From an uncultured delta proteobacterium (GTDB lineage Bacteria; Myxococcota_A; Polyangia; Fen-1088): DNA of 64,000 bases. The position numbers were made by a program, and so were the translations under genes. The notes under the pieces are model-generated. The model ran no database searches, was not told the DNA's origin, and was given only the letters and a program-made list of their open reading frames with translations. Shown piece by piece: positions 8,798 through 18,888 of this stretch. Position 1 is the stretch's first letter, and the number at the start of each line of letters is the position of its first letter. The stretch is from contig CAVWIP010000015.1 in the NCBI GenBank assembly GCA_963755125.1, forward strand, positions 1 to 64,000, given 5' to 3'.

Positions 8798-11700
8798 ATG
8801 GCAGCGTCCCGCCCCGTCGAAGTCCGCCAGCACCTCATATCGGCGCTGCGCGCGGATCTCGTCGGCCCTTTTCTCCCTGAATCTCGCGACGGGACCCGAT
8901 CCGAGGAAGTCCTGCCGCTGCCACCTTCGCGCTGGTATCTCTGCGGCTTCCTCGCGCCCGAACAGGGGCGCGCGCCCAAGGAGCAGGTCGAGGAAGGCGA
9001 ACTCGGCGAGGGTAACGACGACGAAGAGGCCACCTCCAGCCAGGAGCCCGAGCCAAAGAAGAAGAGCCTCCTTCCGGCTTCGCTCGGCATGTCCGTCTTC
9101 GTGCCCGACGGTGATCCGAAAGACGTCGTCACCGCCCGGGTCAGCTTCGCCGACTATGAGCTGGTCGAAGGCGACCAAAGTGGCGAAGAAGCCGAAGCGC
9201 GCCGGAAGCATGAGTGGCGACGGAAGCCGTGCGGTCCCGTCGTGGTCGATGTCGCGATCGATCGCCAGGTCCTGGCCAACGGTGTCCCGCTGCCGGGCTT
9301 CCCTGACCTGGTCCTGACCGGCGTGGTGGAGAAGGCCGAGGCGCCAGGGTTGGCCAAGGGGACAAGGGCGCTGTCGCTGTTCCTGGTCAACCGCCGCCAG
9401 CCTGCGCCGCGTGGTCGTGAGGACGAGGCGTACATCTTCCAGGTAGAACTGGAGATCGCGAGCGCCAAGGGGTTCATCCCACGGCCGAACGTCCGCGGCG
9501 AGAGCGCGGAAGACTGGGACGAGCGGGTTGCCGATCTTCAGTTCAGGGACCGCTTCGAATACGTGGTCGGGCATGGCATTGCGGCCGAGCCCGTCGAGAA
9601 GAACAGCCGCGTGGTCGCTGTCAGGACCACCTGGCTGCCCACTGCGACCGTGCCCCGGGTGAGGACCCGTGACGACGTCCCGGACGTGCTCGTCGGCATG
9701 GAGGATCTGGCCGCGCTGCCGGACGCCGCCACCGCGCGGGTGAAACTGGCGCCGCTGGTCGAACACTACGCCGCCTGGATCGCGCGCCAGAAGACGACCG
9801 TCCTGGACACGGCCCGGCGGCGAGAAACGCTGGAGGGGCTCGTTCGCAGGGCGGAGCGCGCCCGCGAACGGATCGCAGCAGGGATCGATCTGCTGGAGCA
9901 AGACCCGCTGGCCTTCGATGCCTTCCGTATCGCCAACCAAGCGATGGCGGATGCTGCCCGCAGGCGCAGCCCCGACCGCTACAAGGGTGGCGACCAGCCT
10001 TCGTGGCGCCTGTTCCAGCTCGCGTTCGTGCTGCTCGCCCTGCCCGGCCTGGCCGACGAGACGCGAGAGGATCGCGAAACGGTCGAGCTGATCTTCTTCC
10101 CCACGGGCGGCGGCAAGACCGAGGCGTACCTGGGGGTAATCGCCTTCAACCTGGTGCTGCGACGGCTGCGTGGTCAGGACCGGCCGGATGGCGGGCTCGG
10201 CACGGCGGTGCTGCTGCGCTACACCCTGCGGCTGCTGACGCTCGACCAGCTTGGCCGCGCGGCGACCCTGATCTGCGCCCTGGAGTTGATCCGCAAGGCG
10301 GACCCACGGCTTGGAAAGGTGCGTTTCTCGCTGGGCCTGTGGGTCGGGAAGTCTGCGACGGCGAACACGCTTGAGGAGGTCGCCCGGCGGATCACCGAGT
10401 ACCGAAACAGCACGTCTGCGCTAGCGCAGTCGCCCTTCCCGCTTCCGGCCTGCCCGTGGTGTGCCAAGCCGTTGGGCAAGGACAGCCTGGAACTCAAACC
10501 CAACCGCACGCACCCAGACGAGGTTCTGATCGGGTGCTCGGACTTCCGCTGCGACTTCGCTGCCTCCCGCAACCCCGAGGGTTTGCCTGTCCTGTTCGTC
10601 GACGAGCAGATCTACCGCGAGCTGCCTTCGTTCATCGTGGCCACTGTGGACAAGTTCGCCATGCTGCCGTGGCGGGGCGAAACCGGCGCGTTCTTTGGCC
10701 GAGTACACTCGCGAATCGGCCGTCGCTTCTTTGGTCCCATGGACGGTGCGTTGCCGCCCCCGAAGTCCGAGAAGTTGCCCGAGGGATTGCGACCGCCGGA
10801 CCTGATCGTGCAAGACGAATTGCACCTGATTTCTGGGCCATTGGGCACGATGGTCGGGCTGTACGAGACAGCCATCGAGGGCTTGTGCATGCGCAAGCGG
10901 CCCGACGGCAGAGTGGTCAGGCCCAAGATCATCGCGTCCACGGCCACAGTGCGCCGGGCCGCCAGCCAGATTCAGGCCCTGTTCGGCCGGACCGGCGTGG
11001 ACATGTTTCCGCCCAACGGTGTCGACCAGTCCGAGTCTTTCTTTGCAACCGTGGACACCGACGGACCGGGCCGTGAGTACCTGGGCGTCGCAGCCCCGGG
11101 CCGCGCGGTCAAGGCGATCCTGTTGCGTGTCTACGTGTCGCTGCTGGGCGCATCCCAGCGCCACTTCGACCTGAAGGGCGCGGGCGACCAGGCAGCCGAC
11201 CCGTACATGACCCTGGTGGGGTACTTCAACAGCTTGCGCGAGCTGGGCGGGATGCGACGACTGGTGGAGGACGAGGTTCGGTCGCGCTGTCAGAAACAGG
11301 AAGAGCGGCACCCGCTGGGGTTCAAGGGGCCGCACCCGTGGGTTGCCAATCGGGAGATCAAGGTCGAGCCGGTCGAGCTGACCAGCCGCGAGACCACCTA
11401 CGCGATCGCCAAAGCCAAGGATCTGCTTGGCCGCCACCACACGGACGAGCAGCACGTCGACGTGGCCCTGGCCAGCAACATGATCTCGGTTGGCGTGGAC
11501 GTCGAGCGTCTCGGCCTGATGGTGGTGGCCGGTCAGCCCAAGACGACCAGCGAGTACATCCAGTCCTCCAGCCGCGTCGGGCGCGACGTGAATCGGCCAG
11601 GGCTGGTGGTCACGGTCATGAACGTCCACCGGCCGCGCGATCGATCGCACTACGAGCGGTTCCGCGCCTACCACGAGAGCTTCTATCGTTTCGTCGAAGC

Positions 11701-12193
11701 GACCAGTGTGACGCCGTTTTCGGGGCCGGCCATTGAGCGCGGCTTGTGCGGGACGCTGGTGGCGCTGGCCCGGCTGCGTACGCCCGCGCTGACGCCGCCG
11801 ACGGCTGTGCGACTGCTTGAGGCCGAAAGGGTAAGCGCAGGGGATGAGGCGGCCAAGACCATCGCGGACAAGGCGCGGCGCCAGCCGCAGCGAGGGGACG
11901 CGGCCGATGCAGACCGACTGGGCGAGGCTATCCTGGGGCGGTGCAAGCACCTGCTCGACACCTGGCAGAGGATCGCCAGGAAGGCCACTGAGGGCGCTGG
12001 CGAGCGGGTCTATTCCCCTTACGACCGCGAGTGCCGAAACAAGAAGGCACTGCTGCACACGGTTTTGGAAGAAAACGCGACCGAAGACGAGGAGGATTTC
12101 TCGGCGGCGACATCCATGCGCGATGTCGAGCCGTCCGTGCATCTGTGGATCGAGCGGCATCGGCTGGGGAAGAAAGGGACAGGCAATGGCTAG
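8798..12193 (+). CDS. drmA: DISARM helicase DrmA (SF2)
   Basis: LRADLVGP N-terminus, WRLFQLAF, FPTGGGKTEAY Walker A, QDELHLI, SNMISVGVDV, YIQSSSRVGR, RDRSHYERF. Confidence 0.9.
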   Translation: MAASRPVEVRQHLISALRADLVGPFLPESRDGTRSEEVLPLPPSRWYLCGFLAPEQGRAPKEQVEEGELGEGNDDEEATSSQEPEPKKKSLLPASLGMSVFVPDGDPKDVVTARVSFADYELVEGDQSGEEAEARRKHEWRRKPCGPVVVDVAIDRQVLANGVPLPGFPDLVLTGVVEKAEAPGLAKGTRALSLFLVNRRQPAPRGREDEAYIFQVELEIASAKGFIPRPNVRGESAEDWDERVADLQFRDRFEYVVGHGIAAEPVEKNSRVVAVRTTWLPTATVPRVRTRDDVPDVLVGMEDLAALPDAATARVKLAPLVEHYAAWIARQKTTVLDTARRRETLEGLVRRAERARERIAAGIDLLEQDPLAFDAFRIANQAMADAARRRSPDRYKGGDQPSWRLFQLAFVLLALPGLADETREDRETVELIFFPTGGGKTEAYLGVIAFNLVLRRLRGQDRPDGGLGTAVLLRYTLRLLTLDQLGRAATLICALELIRKADPRLGKVRFSLGLWVGKSATANTLEEVARRITEYRNSTSALAQSPFPLPACPWCAKPLGKDSLELKPNRTHPDEVLIGCSDFRCDFAASRNPEGLPVLFVDEQIYRELPSFIVATVDKFAMLPWRGETGAFFGRVHSRIGRRFFGPMDGALPPPKSEKLPEGLRPPDLIVQDELHLISGPLGTMVGLYETAIEGLCMRKRPDGRVVRPKIIASTATVRRAASQIQALFGRTGVDMFPPNGVDQSESFFATVDTDGPGREYLGVAAPGRAVKAILLRVYVSLLGASQRHFDLKGAGDQAADPYMTLVGYFNSLRELGGMRRLVEDEVRSRCQKQEERHPLGFKGPHPWVANREIKVEPVELTSRETTYAIAKAKDLLGRHHTDEQHVDVALASNMISVGVDVERLGLMVVAGQPKTTSEYIQSSSRVGRDVNRPGLVVTVMNVHRPRDRSHYERFRAYHESFYRFVEATSVTPFSGPAIERGLCGTLVALARLRTPALTPPTAVRLLEAERVSAGDEAAKTIADKARRQPQRGDAADADRLGEAILGRCKHLLDTWQRIARKATEGAGERVYSPYDRECRNKKALLHTVLEENATEDEEDFSAATSMRDVEPSVHLWIERHRLGKKGTGNG

Positions 12194-14024
12194 CAAGTGG
12201 CGCGGCGGACGCGAGCCCCATGTCGAACCCAATGGGAAGGTTCGACAAAGTCAGGCCAGTTCCACATTTGGTCCGGGCGCGATGATCGACCTGGTCCACG
12301 ATGCTGTCGTGGTCGGCGGCCTGGATTTCTGGCGCTACGACAACAAAGGTCGGTCGGTTTCGGAACCACGTCTGCGCGACGCGATCGCCAGTCGGCTGGA
12401 GGAGTCGGGGCGCAAGCTGCGCGACGAGGGTTCGTTCAGATTGCCGCCCACAGGTGACGATCACGAGCCACGCCAAAACTGTGGCATCGAGGTGCTGGAG
12501 TTTCCCAAGTGGTTCATTTGCCAGAACCCCGAGTGCCGGGCACTGGTGCAGAGCGACCAGATGGTGCGCAAGGGCGACAAGTACATCCATTCGTGCGATG
12601 GAAAGAAGGGCAACCCCTGCGTGCCGGTGCGATTCGTGATGGCGTGCAAGAACGGCCACCTGGAGGAATTCCCCTGGATCTCCTACGTCCACGGTCTGCA
12701 AGGCAGGCCGCGATGCGCGGCGCCCGCGCTTCGCTTGCACGAGGGCGGAACCGGCGATTTTGCCGACGTGGCCGTGCGCTGTGCCTGTGGCGCCAGTCGA
12801 CCGATGTCGAACGCCCTGGTGGAACAGGTCAACCCCACGTGCAGCGGCCAGCGCCCGTGGCTGGGCCGCGAAGGCCAGGAATCCTGCACCGAAAAACTGC
12901 GCCTTCTGGTCCGCACGGCCAGCAACAGCTACTTCCCTCAGGTGGTCAGCGCCCTGTCGATCCCAGAGCCCGGTCTGGGCCTGCGCGATACGATTCGCGA
13001 GCAGTGGAGCACCCTGCAAATTGCCAACGAATCGAATTTGGCTGTGCTGCGCGAGATTCCCAAGATCCAGGTCGCGCTCGACGGCCGCAGCGGCGCCGAG
13101 ATCCTGGAAACCATCGAAGATATCCGCCAGGGGAAGCAGCCGCCGCGCGATGCCCTGCGCACGGCCGAGTTCAAACAGTTCACTGGGTCGGTGCCTGAAC
13201 GCATAGGCGATCTGCCGCCGCCCAAGGGCCACTACTTCTTCGCGCGGACCTTCCAGCCCCGGGACGGGCTGCCGACGGGCATCGCCAGGTTGGTGCTCGC
13301 CCATCGCCTGCGCGAAGTCCGGGTCCAGGTCGGCCTGACCAGACTGGAGTCAGCCACGCCGGATCTGCAAGGTGAGTACGATCTGGGCGTCGAGATGGCG
13401 CCGCTCGGTCTGCAAACAGACTGGCTGCCCGCCACGGAGGTGCGCGGCGAAGGGATCTTCATCCAACTGGATGAGCAGGCGGTTCAGCGTTGGGAGAACC
13501 GTCACGGGGTGCTAGCGCGCAGCCGCGAGCTGTACGACGGATTTCAACGGTGGTCCGCCGGCGGCAAGACCGAATTTCCCGGCGCTCGCTTCTATTTGCT
13601 GCATTCCCTGTCGCATTTGTTGATGACCGCATTGTCCATTGAATGCGGCTATGGCGCCAGCGCACTGACTGAACGGATCTATTGCGCACCCGCTACTGAT
13701 CCGACTCCGATGGCGGCGATTCTGATCAGCACTGGCAGCACTGGGACCGAGGGAACCCTGGGCGGCCTGGTCGAGCAAGGCCGCCACCTCCGCGCCCACC
13801 TGCGGCTGGCCTTCGACATGGGCAAGCTGTGCTCGAACGACCCGGTCTGCGCCAGCCACAAGCCATCCAGTCTGACCGAGCGCAACCTGGAGGGCGCCGC
13901 CTGCCACGGCTGCCTGTTCGTCGCCGAATGCTCGTGCGAGCGTTTCAACCAGTACCTCGACCGCGCCCTGGTCGTCCCCGCGCTCGGGCACGACGGCGTG
14001 GCGTTCTTCACCGAGCGGCCATGA
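12186..14024 (+). CDS. drmB: DISARM DrmB (DUF1998 domain)
   Basis: VRQSQ..TFGPGAMIDL, RFVMACKNGHL, LHSLSHLL, GTLGGLV, CSNDPVC, GAACHGC..SCE.FN; overlaps the drmA stop. Confidence 0.9.
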   Translation: MASKWRGGREPHVEPNGKVRQSQASSTFGPGAMIDLVHDAVVVGGLDFWRYDNKGRSVSEPRLRDAIASRLEESGRKLRDEGSFRLPPTGDDHEPRQNCGIEVLEFPKWFICQNPECRALVQSDQMVRKGDKYIHSCDGKKGNPCVPVRFVMACKNGHLEEFPWISYVHGLQGRPRCAAPALRLHEGGTGDFADVAVRCACGASRPMSNALVEQVNPTCSGQRPWLGREGQESCTEKLRLLVRTASNSYFPQVVSALSIPEPGLGLRDTIREQWSTLQIANESNLAVLREIPKIQVALDGRSGAEILETIEDIRQGKQPPRDALRTAEFKQFTGSVPERIGDLPPPKGHYFFARTFQPRDGLPTGIARLVLAHRLREVRVQVGLTRLESATPDLQGEYDLGVEMAPLGLQTDWLPATEVRGEGIFIQLDEQAVQRWENRHGVLARSRELYDGFQRWSAGGKTEFPGARFYLLHSLSHLLMTALSIECGYGASALTERIYCAPATDPTPMAAILISTGSTGTEGTLGGLVEQGRHLRAHLRLAFDMGKLCSNDPVCASHKPSSLTERNLEGAACHGCLFVAECSCERFNQYLDRALVVPALGHDGVAFFTERP

Positions 14025-14788
14025 ACGCGGAGAAGATGGCTGGATTGACGGCGCTGTCCGATGTGGAACTGGAGACCATCGCCCGCGCCGTGCGCCAGGG
14101 TCTTACGCCATCCCCGCTGACCGCATCGGCACTGGCCGAGTTGTCGGTTGGCGATCGCGCTGGATGGCTGGTGGGGCTGGATACGGAGGCCGTCCTGGCC
14201 GCGATCATTGCCGTCCTCGCCGAACGCCGTCGGGGCGAGGACACCAAAGTCGATCTCGTGTGGACCGGCCCCGACGTGGCCGCCAGCGCTGCCCGTGACA
14301 CCGCCGTCGTGGTCCGCGAACTCTTCGCCCGCGCACAGCGCAGCGTCCTGGTCGCCGGCTTCTCCTTCGACCACGGTGCCGACATCTTTGAGCCCCTCCA
14401 CCGCGCCATGAGGGACCGGGCCGTCGAAGCATCCATCTTCCTCGACCTCCACCGCGCCCCTCGCACCGAGCCCGACGTAGACGCCCATGTCCGCCGCGAG
14501 ATCGACACTTTTCTGATCGCCAACTGGCCCTTCGGCGCCCCCATCCCCCGTCTCTACTACGACCCGCGCACCGCCGAGCCCACCTCCACCGCCAGCCTCC
14601 ACGCCAAGTGCATCGTCGTGGATGACCGCCGCGCCCTGGTGACGTCCGCCAACTTCACCAGCCGTGGCCAGGAACGCAATGTGGAGGTAGGCGTGCTGGT
14701 GGAAAGCGAAAAGTTCGCACGGGAGCTGGTTCACCAGTGGAGGAATGCGGCGGAGGCGGGGGTGTTTCGACAGGCGGGCGAGACGTAG
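14021..14788 (+). CDS. drmC: DISARM phospholipase D-family nuclease DrmC
   Basis: ATGA overlap with drmB; LVWTGP, HAKCIVVD (HxK-x4-D), TSANFT, NVEVG. Confidence 0.9.
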   Translation: MNAEKMAGLTALSDVELETIARAVRQGLTPSPLTASALAELSVGDRAGWLVGLDTEAVLAAIIAVLAERRRGEDTKVDLVWTGPDVAASAARDTAVVVRELFARAQRSVLVAGFSFDHGADIFEPLHRAMRDRAVEASIFLDLHRAPRTEPDVDAHVRREIDTFLIANWPFGAPIPRLYYDPRTAEPTSTASLHAKCIVVDDRRALVTSANFTSRGQERNVEVGVLVESEKFARELVHQWRNAAEAGVFRQAGET

Positions 14789-14817
14789 ACACGACACAGC
14801 GCTCTACGATGCGCGGC

Positions 14818-14955
14818 TCACAGGCCAGAGAGTGGGGGGGGTGAAATGCCGATGGAGGTAATCGTGGAATTGCGCTTGAGGTCCAGAAGGCGCTCCTCTA
14901 GCGCACGCAGCAGAGGATTGATGAGCCGGTCGAACGTAGGCAGCTTGTTGGCCAT
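14818..14955 (-). pseudogene. Truncated remnant resembling the N-terminus of an Mrr restriction endonuclease
   Basis: GGAGG RBS then MANKLPTFDRLINPLLRAL (Mrr_N-like), degenerating and stopping after 45 codons; not in the ORF track. Confidence 0.55.
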
Positions 14956-15073
14956 CAGGTCACCTCCGGGATTGGGACTCCCGAATCGTATCACGTCGCG
15001 CCAGGCCGGCGGAGAGTGTCTCTTCCCTCGATGGCCGAGAGGGTCTATGAACGCTGCTCGAAGGAGATCCCCC

Positions 15074-15898
15074 GTGAACCACGTCGTCGTCGACCAGGAA
15101 CGCTGTCTTCATGATGGCCTTTGCATCTCGGCTTGTCCGGTTTCCGTGCTTGAACTGGAGACCACGCTCGCCGGCGCCGTGCCCGCGTCCAGTAAGGGCG
15201 ACCGCTGCATCCGCTGCGGCCACTGCGTGTCGGTCTGCCGTGCGGGCGCGCTGGCGCTCACGTTCCTGCCTCGTAGTGACCTGCGGCCGATGAACACCGC
15301 GCACACGATCAGTCCCGAGCAGGCCGAGCAGTTGTTGCAAGCGCGGCGTTCGATTCGACGGTATCGGGACAAGCTGGTTCCGCGCGAGATCATTGCGCGT
15401 GCGCTGGACAGCGCCCGTTTCGCACCCTCGGGGGTCAATCGTCAGCCCGTGGCCTGGACTGTGGTGAGCGGCTTTGATGCCGTCCACAGGCTCGCGGCGG
15501 GCGTGCTGGAATGGGCACGCACATTGGTGGAGCAGAAACACCCGTTGGCCGAGCGTTTCGGTTTCGCCCGCTTTCTTGTGGCTTGGGAAAAGGGCGAGGA
15601 TCTGATTCTGCGCCACGCACCTCACGTGGTACTGGCCCATGCGCCCACATCGGACCCCACTGGCCCGGGCGCGGCCACCATCGCGATGACCTACTTCCAA
15701 CTCGCTGCATCGGCGCTGGGCCTGGGCACCTGCTGGGCCGGATATCTACAGATCGCGCTCAGCATGTCCCCCGCCGTGGTCAAGCTGGCCGGCATCCCCG
15801 AGGGGCGCCAGGCCCACGCCGCCACCATGCTCGGCTACGCGAAACACGAGTACGCAGCCATCCCGCCGCGCAAGACTCTCGACGTCACCTGGATGTAG
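15074..15898 (+). CDS. Nitroreductase family protein with N-terminal 4Fe-4S ferredoxin domain
   Basis: CLHDGLCISACP and CIRCGHCVSVC, RRSIRRY, APSGVNRQP, LGLGTCWAG; AAGGAG RBS before GTG. Confidence 0.9.
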   Translation: MNHVVVDQERCLHDGLCISACPVSVLELETTLAGAVPASSKGDRCIRCGHCVSVCRAGALALTFLPRSDLRPMNTAHTISPEQAEQLLQARRSIRRYRDKLVPREIIARALDSARFAPSGVNRQPVAWTVVSGFDAVHRLAAGVLEWARTLVEQKHPLAERFGFARFLVAWEKGEDLILRHAPHVVLAHAPTSDPTGPGAATIAMTYFQLAASALGLGTCWAGYLQIALSMSPAVVKLAGIPEGRQAHAATMLGYAKHEYAAIPPRKTLDVTWM

Positions 15899-16104
15899 CG
15901 GGGCTTGGAGGACGTTCCGCCTGCATGCGTCGCCGCGAGCGACCGCCTCGCGGTGGGCGGGCGCGGCCGGGGGAGGGGAGGCAAGAATGTCGCTCGGCCG
16001 ACACGAACCGCGTGGATAATCCCCATTCAACGGGACCAAGATCCTGCTTGGTTCGGCGAAGGCGCGACAGGGCGAGGGCCGACGACGCGACATCGGGAGG
16101 TAAC

Positions 16105-16878
16105 ATGAACACGCGCGAGTGGATCGAGACCGTGCTACCAAAGGTGACCGAGCGGCTCCACAAGGAACTCCTGCTGCTCGATCCCGTTCCCGAGGAGGAC
16201 GCGGTGACGCCCACCGGCGCGGCCTTGTACCACCTGTCGAGACATACGCGACACATGAGGGTGACTCAGGGCAAGGGTTCCAAGGGCAAGGTCACCGGCA
16301 AGTTGCCGAGTCCGTGCATGCAGCCCCTTCCCGGGTGCAAGGCGTTCGGTCTCGCCCGTGCCTTGCTGGCCTGTCAGCCGGGGGCACCTGGAATAGCCGC
16401 AGCCACGGTGACGCGCTACGTGGACGTGGCTTTCTCCACGCGGCTAGCCTTGGGGAAGATCCTTAGAGATCTCTCACCGGCTACAAGAGCCTTGGTTCGT
16501 CTGCTGGGTCCGCAGGCTGCGGGCCTCCAGCCCCACCGCCGGGAACTTCTCCGCGAGGCCATCCTCAGTCACAACGCCCTCGTGCGGAGTTGGGATGTCA
16601 TGGCCATCTTGGGCATGTCGGCGCTCGACGAGTTCTCGACCGCGAACACACCCAACAGTCCGGGTAAGAAGTACCATCTCCACCATATCGATCAGATCAC
16701 TGAGCCGCTGCTCGGCCGCTACACAGACCAAGAGATTGCCGAACTTGTTCCCGATGGGCGCACGGCCGGGGACGCCGACGCAAGAGTGGCCAACCGTCGC
16801 AAGAAGCTGACTGGCACGCGACAGGGCGGGCGCTCGGGGAAACCTGGGCGGCCAAGGAAGATACGAACCGAAACATAA
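16105..16878 (+). CDS. Hypothetical protein of the integrative element (basic C-terminus, KPGRPRK)
   Basis: GGAGG RBS before ATG 16105; no recognisable family. Confidence 0.5.
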   Translation: MNTREWIETVLPKVTERLHKELLLLDPVPEEDAVTPTGAALYHLSRHTRHMRVTQGKGSKGKVTGKLPSPCMQPLPGCKAFGLARALLACQPGAPGIAAATVTRYVDVAFSTRLALGKILRDLSPATRALVRLLGPQAAGLQPHRRELLREAILSHNALVRSWDVMAILGMSALDEFSTANTPNSPGKKYHLHHIDQITEPLLGRYTDQEIAELVPDGRTAGDADARVANRRKKLTGTRQGGRSGKPGRPRKIRTET

Positions 16879-16951
16879 TACTTGGGGCACTGGTCAACCT
16901 ACCCCGTTTTGCGTGTGCCACCATGGCTGTAGATCGAACGCGATCATTGCC

Positions 16952-17437
16952 ATGGAAACCGATCAGACCATCGCGGGCCTAGAAAAGCTCGTCGAACAGA
17001 TAGTCGACAGGAAACTGCCGGCGATGATCGGTTCGCGGCTGACAGAGGAGCTGTCGCGCCGGGCTGGGGCGGACACCTCGGTCTTCGCTGCGTTGGTGGC
17101 CAGTGGCGACCAGCAGCCTCTGAACACCTCATCATCAGAAGGCGTGGTTGCGGTTGCTGCGGTTGGCGGTCCCAAGATGGATGGTGTGGGCGCGGTGGCG
17201 TCGAACCCTGCTCGGGTTGGCGATGTGGGGGAATGGCGCAGTTCGTATCCGCCGATCATGACCGCCGAGGAAGTTGCAAGTCTTCTGCGGCTAGAACCTC
17301 GAAGCGTTTATGGAGCGTTCCAGCGGCGAGAGATTCCCGGTGTCAGGCGCATCGGTGGTTCCTGGAGGATTGACCGCGATACTGTGTTACGCTGGCTGGC
17401 CGATGGCCAAGGTCGCGTCACTCGCTCACGGAGGTAG
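16952..17437 (+). CDS. Excisionase-like helix-turn-helix protein (HTH_17)
   Basis: IMTAEEVASLLRL...VY...EIPGVRRIGGSWRIDR; directly upstream of the integrase. Confidence 0.8.
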   Translation: METDQTIAGLEKLVEQIVDRKLPAMIGSRLTEELSRRAGADTSVFAALVASGDQQPLNTSSSEGVVAVAAVGGPKMDGVGAVASNPARVGDVGEWRSSYPPIMTAEEVASLLRLEPRSVYGAFQRREIPGVRRIGGSWRIDRDTVLRWLADGQGRVTRSRR

Positions 17438-17442
17438 ATGCT

Positions 17443-18582
17443 ATGAGCGTGAGACGCAGGAAGTACCGCGACCCGGAGACGGGTTCGGAAACAATGCGCT
17501 GGGTAGTCGATGTGGATTTCCAGCGCCCGGATGGCAACCGCGAGCGCGTCCGGAAGACGTCCCCGGTGCAGACGTTGCGCGGGGCCGAGCAGTACGAGAG
17601 ACAGGTGCGGGCACAGCTTCTGACGGGGAGAACTCTCGTAAGCCCGGCCCTAGCCGACTCGACATCGGGCGAGAAGGAGAAGGAGGTGCCCACGTTCGGG
17701 GAGTTTGCCGAGACATTCATGGCGACGTACTCGAAGGCGAACAACAAGATCTCGGAGCAGACGAGCAAGCAGAGCATCCTGGATCATCGGCTGCTCCCGC
17801 GTTTCGGGAACCGAAGGTTGGATTCGTTCACGGTGCTCGACCTCGACGCCATGAAGGCCGATATGCTGGAACACGAGTACGCGCCGAAGACCATCAACAA
17901 CACCCTGGCCACGTTCTCCAAGATCCTGCACTACGCGCACGATCTGGAGATCATCCCCAAGGTGCCGCCGTTCAAGTTCTTGAAGATCAAGGAGGAGAAG
18001 TTCGACTTCCTCGACTTCGACGAATTCGAGCGGCTGGTCGCGGCAGCGAAGCTGGAGCCGGAGATGGAAGCGATTGTTCTGGTGGGAGGAGAGGCAGGGC
18101 TGCGGATGGGAGAGATGCTGGCTCTATCTCGGGACTGCATCGACTACAGGTCGGGAAACCTGTCTGTGTGGGAAAACGATTGGCACGGGGTGGTGGGAAG
18201 CCCGAAGGGTGGGGACCGACGGAGCATCCCGATGACGGAGCGGCTCAAGGTCGCGCTACAGCAGATCCGACACTTGCGCGGGGATCTGATCTTCTGCGGG
18301 GAAGGTGGCGAGGCATGGACCAGGCACACGATTCAGCTTGGTCTCACCCGAGTTTGTGTTCGGGCTGGTCTTCGTCGGATCGGTGCGCATGTCCTGCGGC
18401 ATACCTTCTGCTCTCATCTCGCGATGAGGGGCGCGGCGCCGAAGGCGATCCAGGAGTTGGCGGGGCACAAGAGCATGGCGGTGACGATGAGGTACATGCA
18501 CCTCACCCAAACCGCCTTGCGAGAGACCATCAGGCTGCTCGAAAGCCATGGTCAGCCAGCAGCGAGTGGCGTTCAGGGGTAG
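17443..18582 (+). CDS. int: Tyrosine recombinase / phage integrase
   Basis: GLRMGE (R), HVLRHTF (HxxR), LAGHKS, TMRYMH (Y); N-terminal arm-binding region; abuts tRNA-Asp. Confidence 0.95.
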   Translation: MSVRRRKYRDPETGSETMRWVVDVDFQRPDGNRERVRKTSPVQTLRGAEQYERQVRAQLLTGRTLVSPALADSTSGEKEKEVPTFGEFAETFMATYSKANNKISEQTSKQSILDHRLLPRFGNRRLDSFTVLDLDAMKADMLEHEYAPKTINNTLATFSKILHYAHDLEIIPKVPPFKFLKIKEEKFDFLDFDEFERLVAAAKLEPEMEAIVLVGGEAGLRMGEMLALSRDCIDYRSGNLSVWENDWHGVVGSPKGGDRRSIPMTERLKVALQQIRHLRGDLIFCGEGGEAWTRHTIQLGLTRVCVRAGLRRIGAHVLRHTFCSHLAMRGAAPKAIQELAGHKSMAVTMRYMHLTQTALRETIRLLESHGQPAASGVQG

Positions 18583-18589
18583 CAAATCT

Positions 18590-18639
18590 ACGGCACTCTG
18601 ACGGCACTGTAAGGATCGGAGAAGATCGAATCTCCGATT
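18590..18639. repeat. Putative integrase arm-type sites plus hairpin at the att end
   Basis: ACGGCACT repeated at 18590-18597 and 18601-18608; ATCGGAGA-N8-TCTCCGAT inverted repeat at 18616-18639. Confidence 0.5.
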
Positions 18640-18667
18640 TCCTTTTCAGAATCAGCTAGTTGTGTTG

Positions 18668-18742
<75 letters not shown>

Positions 18743-18888
18743 ATGCCCCAAGACGACGGTTTCCCGGCGAGTCGGGACGCAAGGATCTACTCGCCGCCGC
18801 AGCAGGTGTCAAATGGAAGCTGGCCCCGCACGGGACTCGCCCCAGGGAGCGCGGCGCCCGCGCCCGCGGGTTTGCGTTTGGCCCGCGG

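Larger units (their letters stand above)
1..18667. mobile_element. Defence island / integrative element anchored at the tRNA-Asp 3' end; left boundary not seen
   Basis: Integrase and excisionase next to the tRNA 3' end, dense defence and TA genes, gene remnants; no clear att duplicate in the window, so the extent is uncertain. Confidence 0.5.

Noticed and set aside
15894..15903. TGTAGCGGGG as a possible att duplicate of TGTTGCGGGG (18663-18672)
   Set aside because: Only 9/10 matching bases in GC-rich DNA; could easily arise by chance
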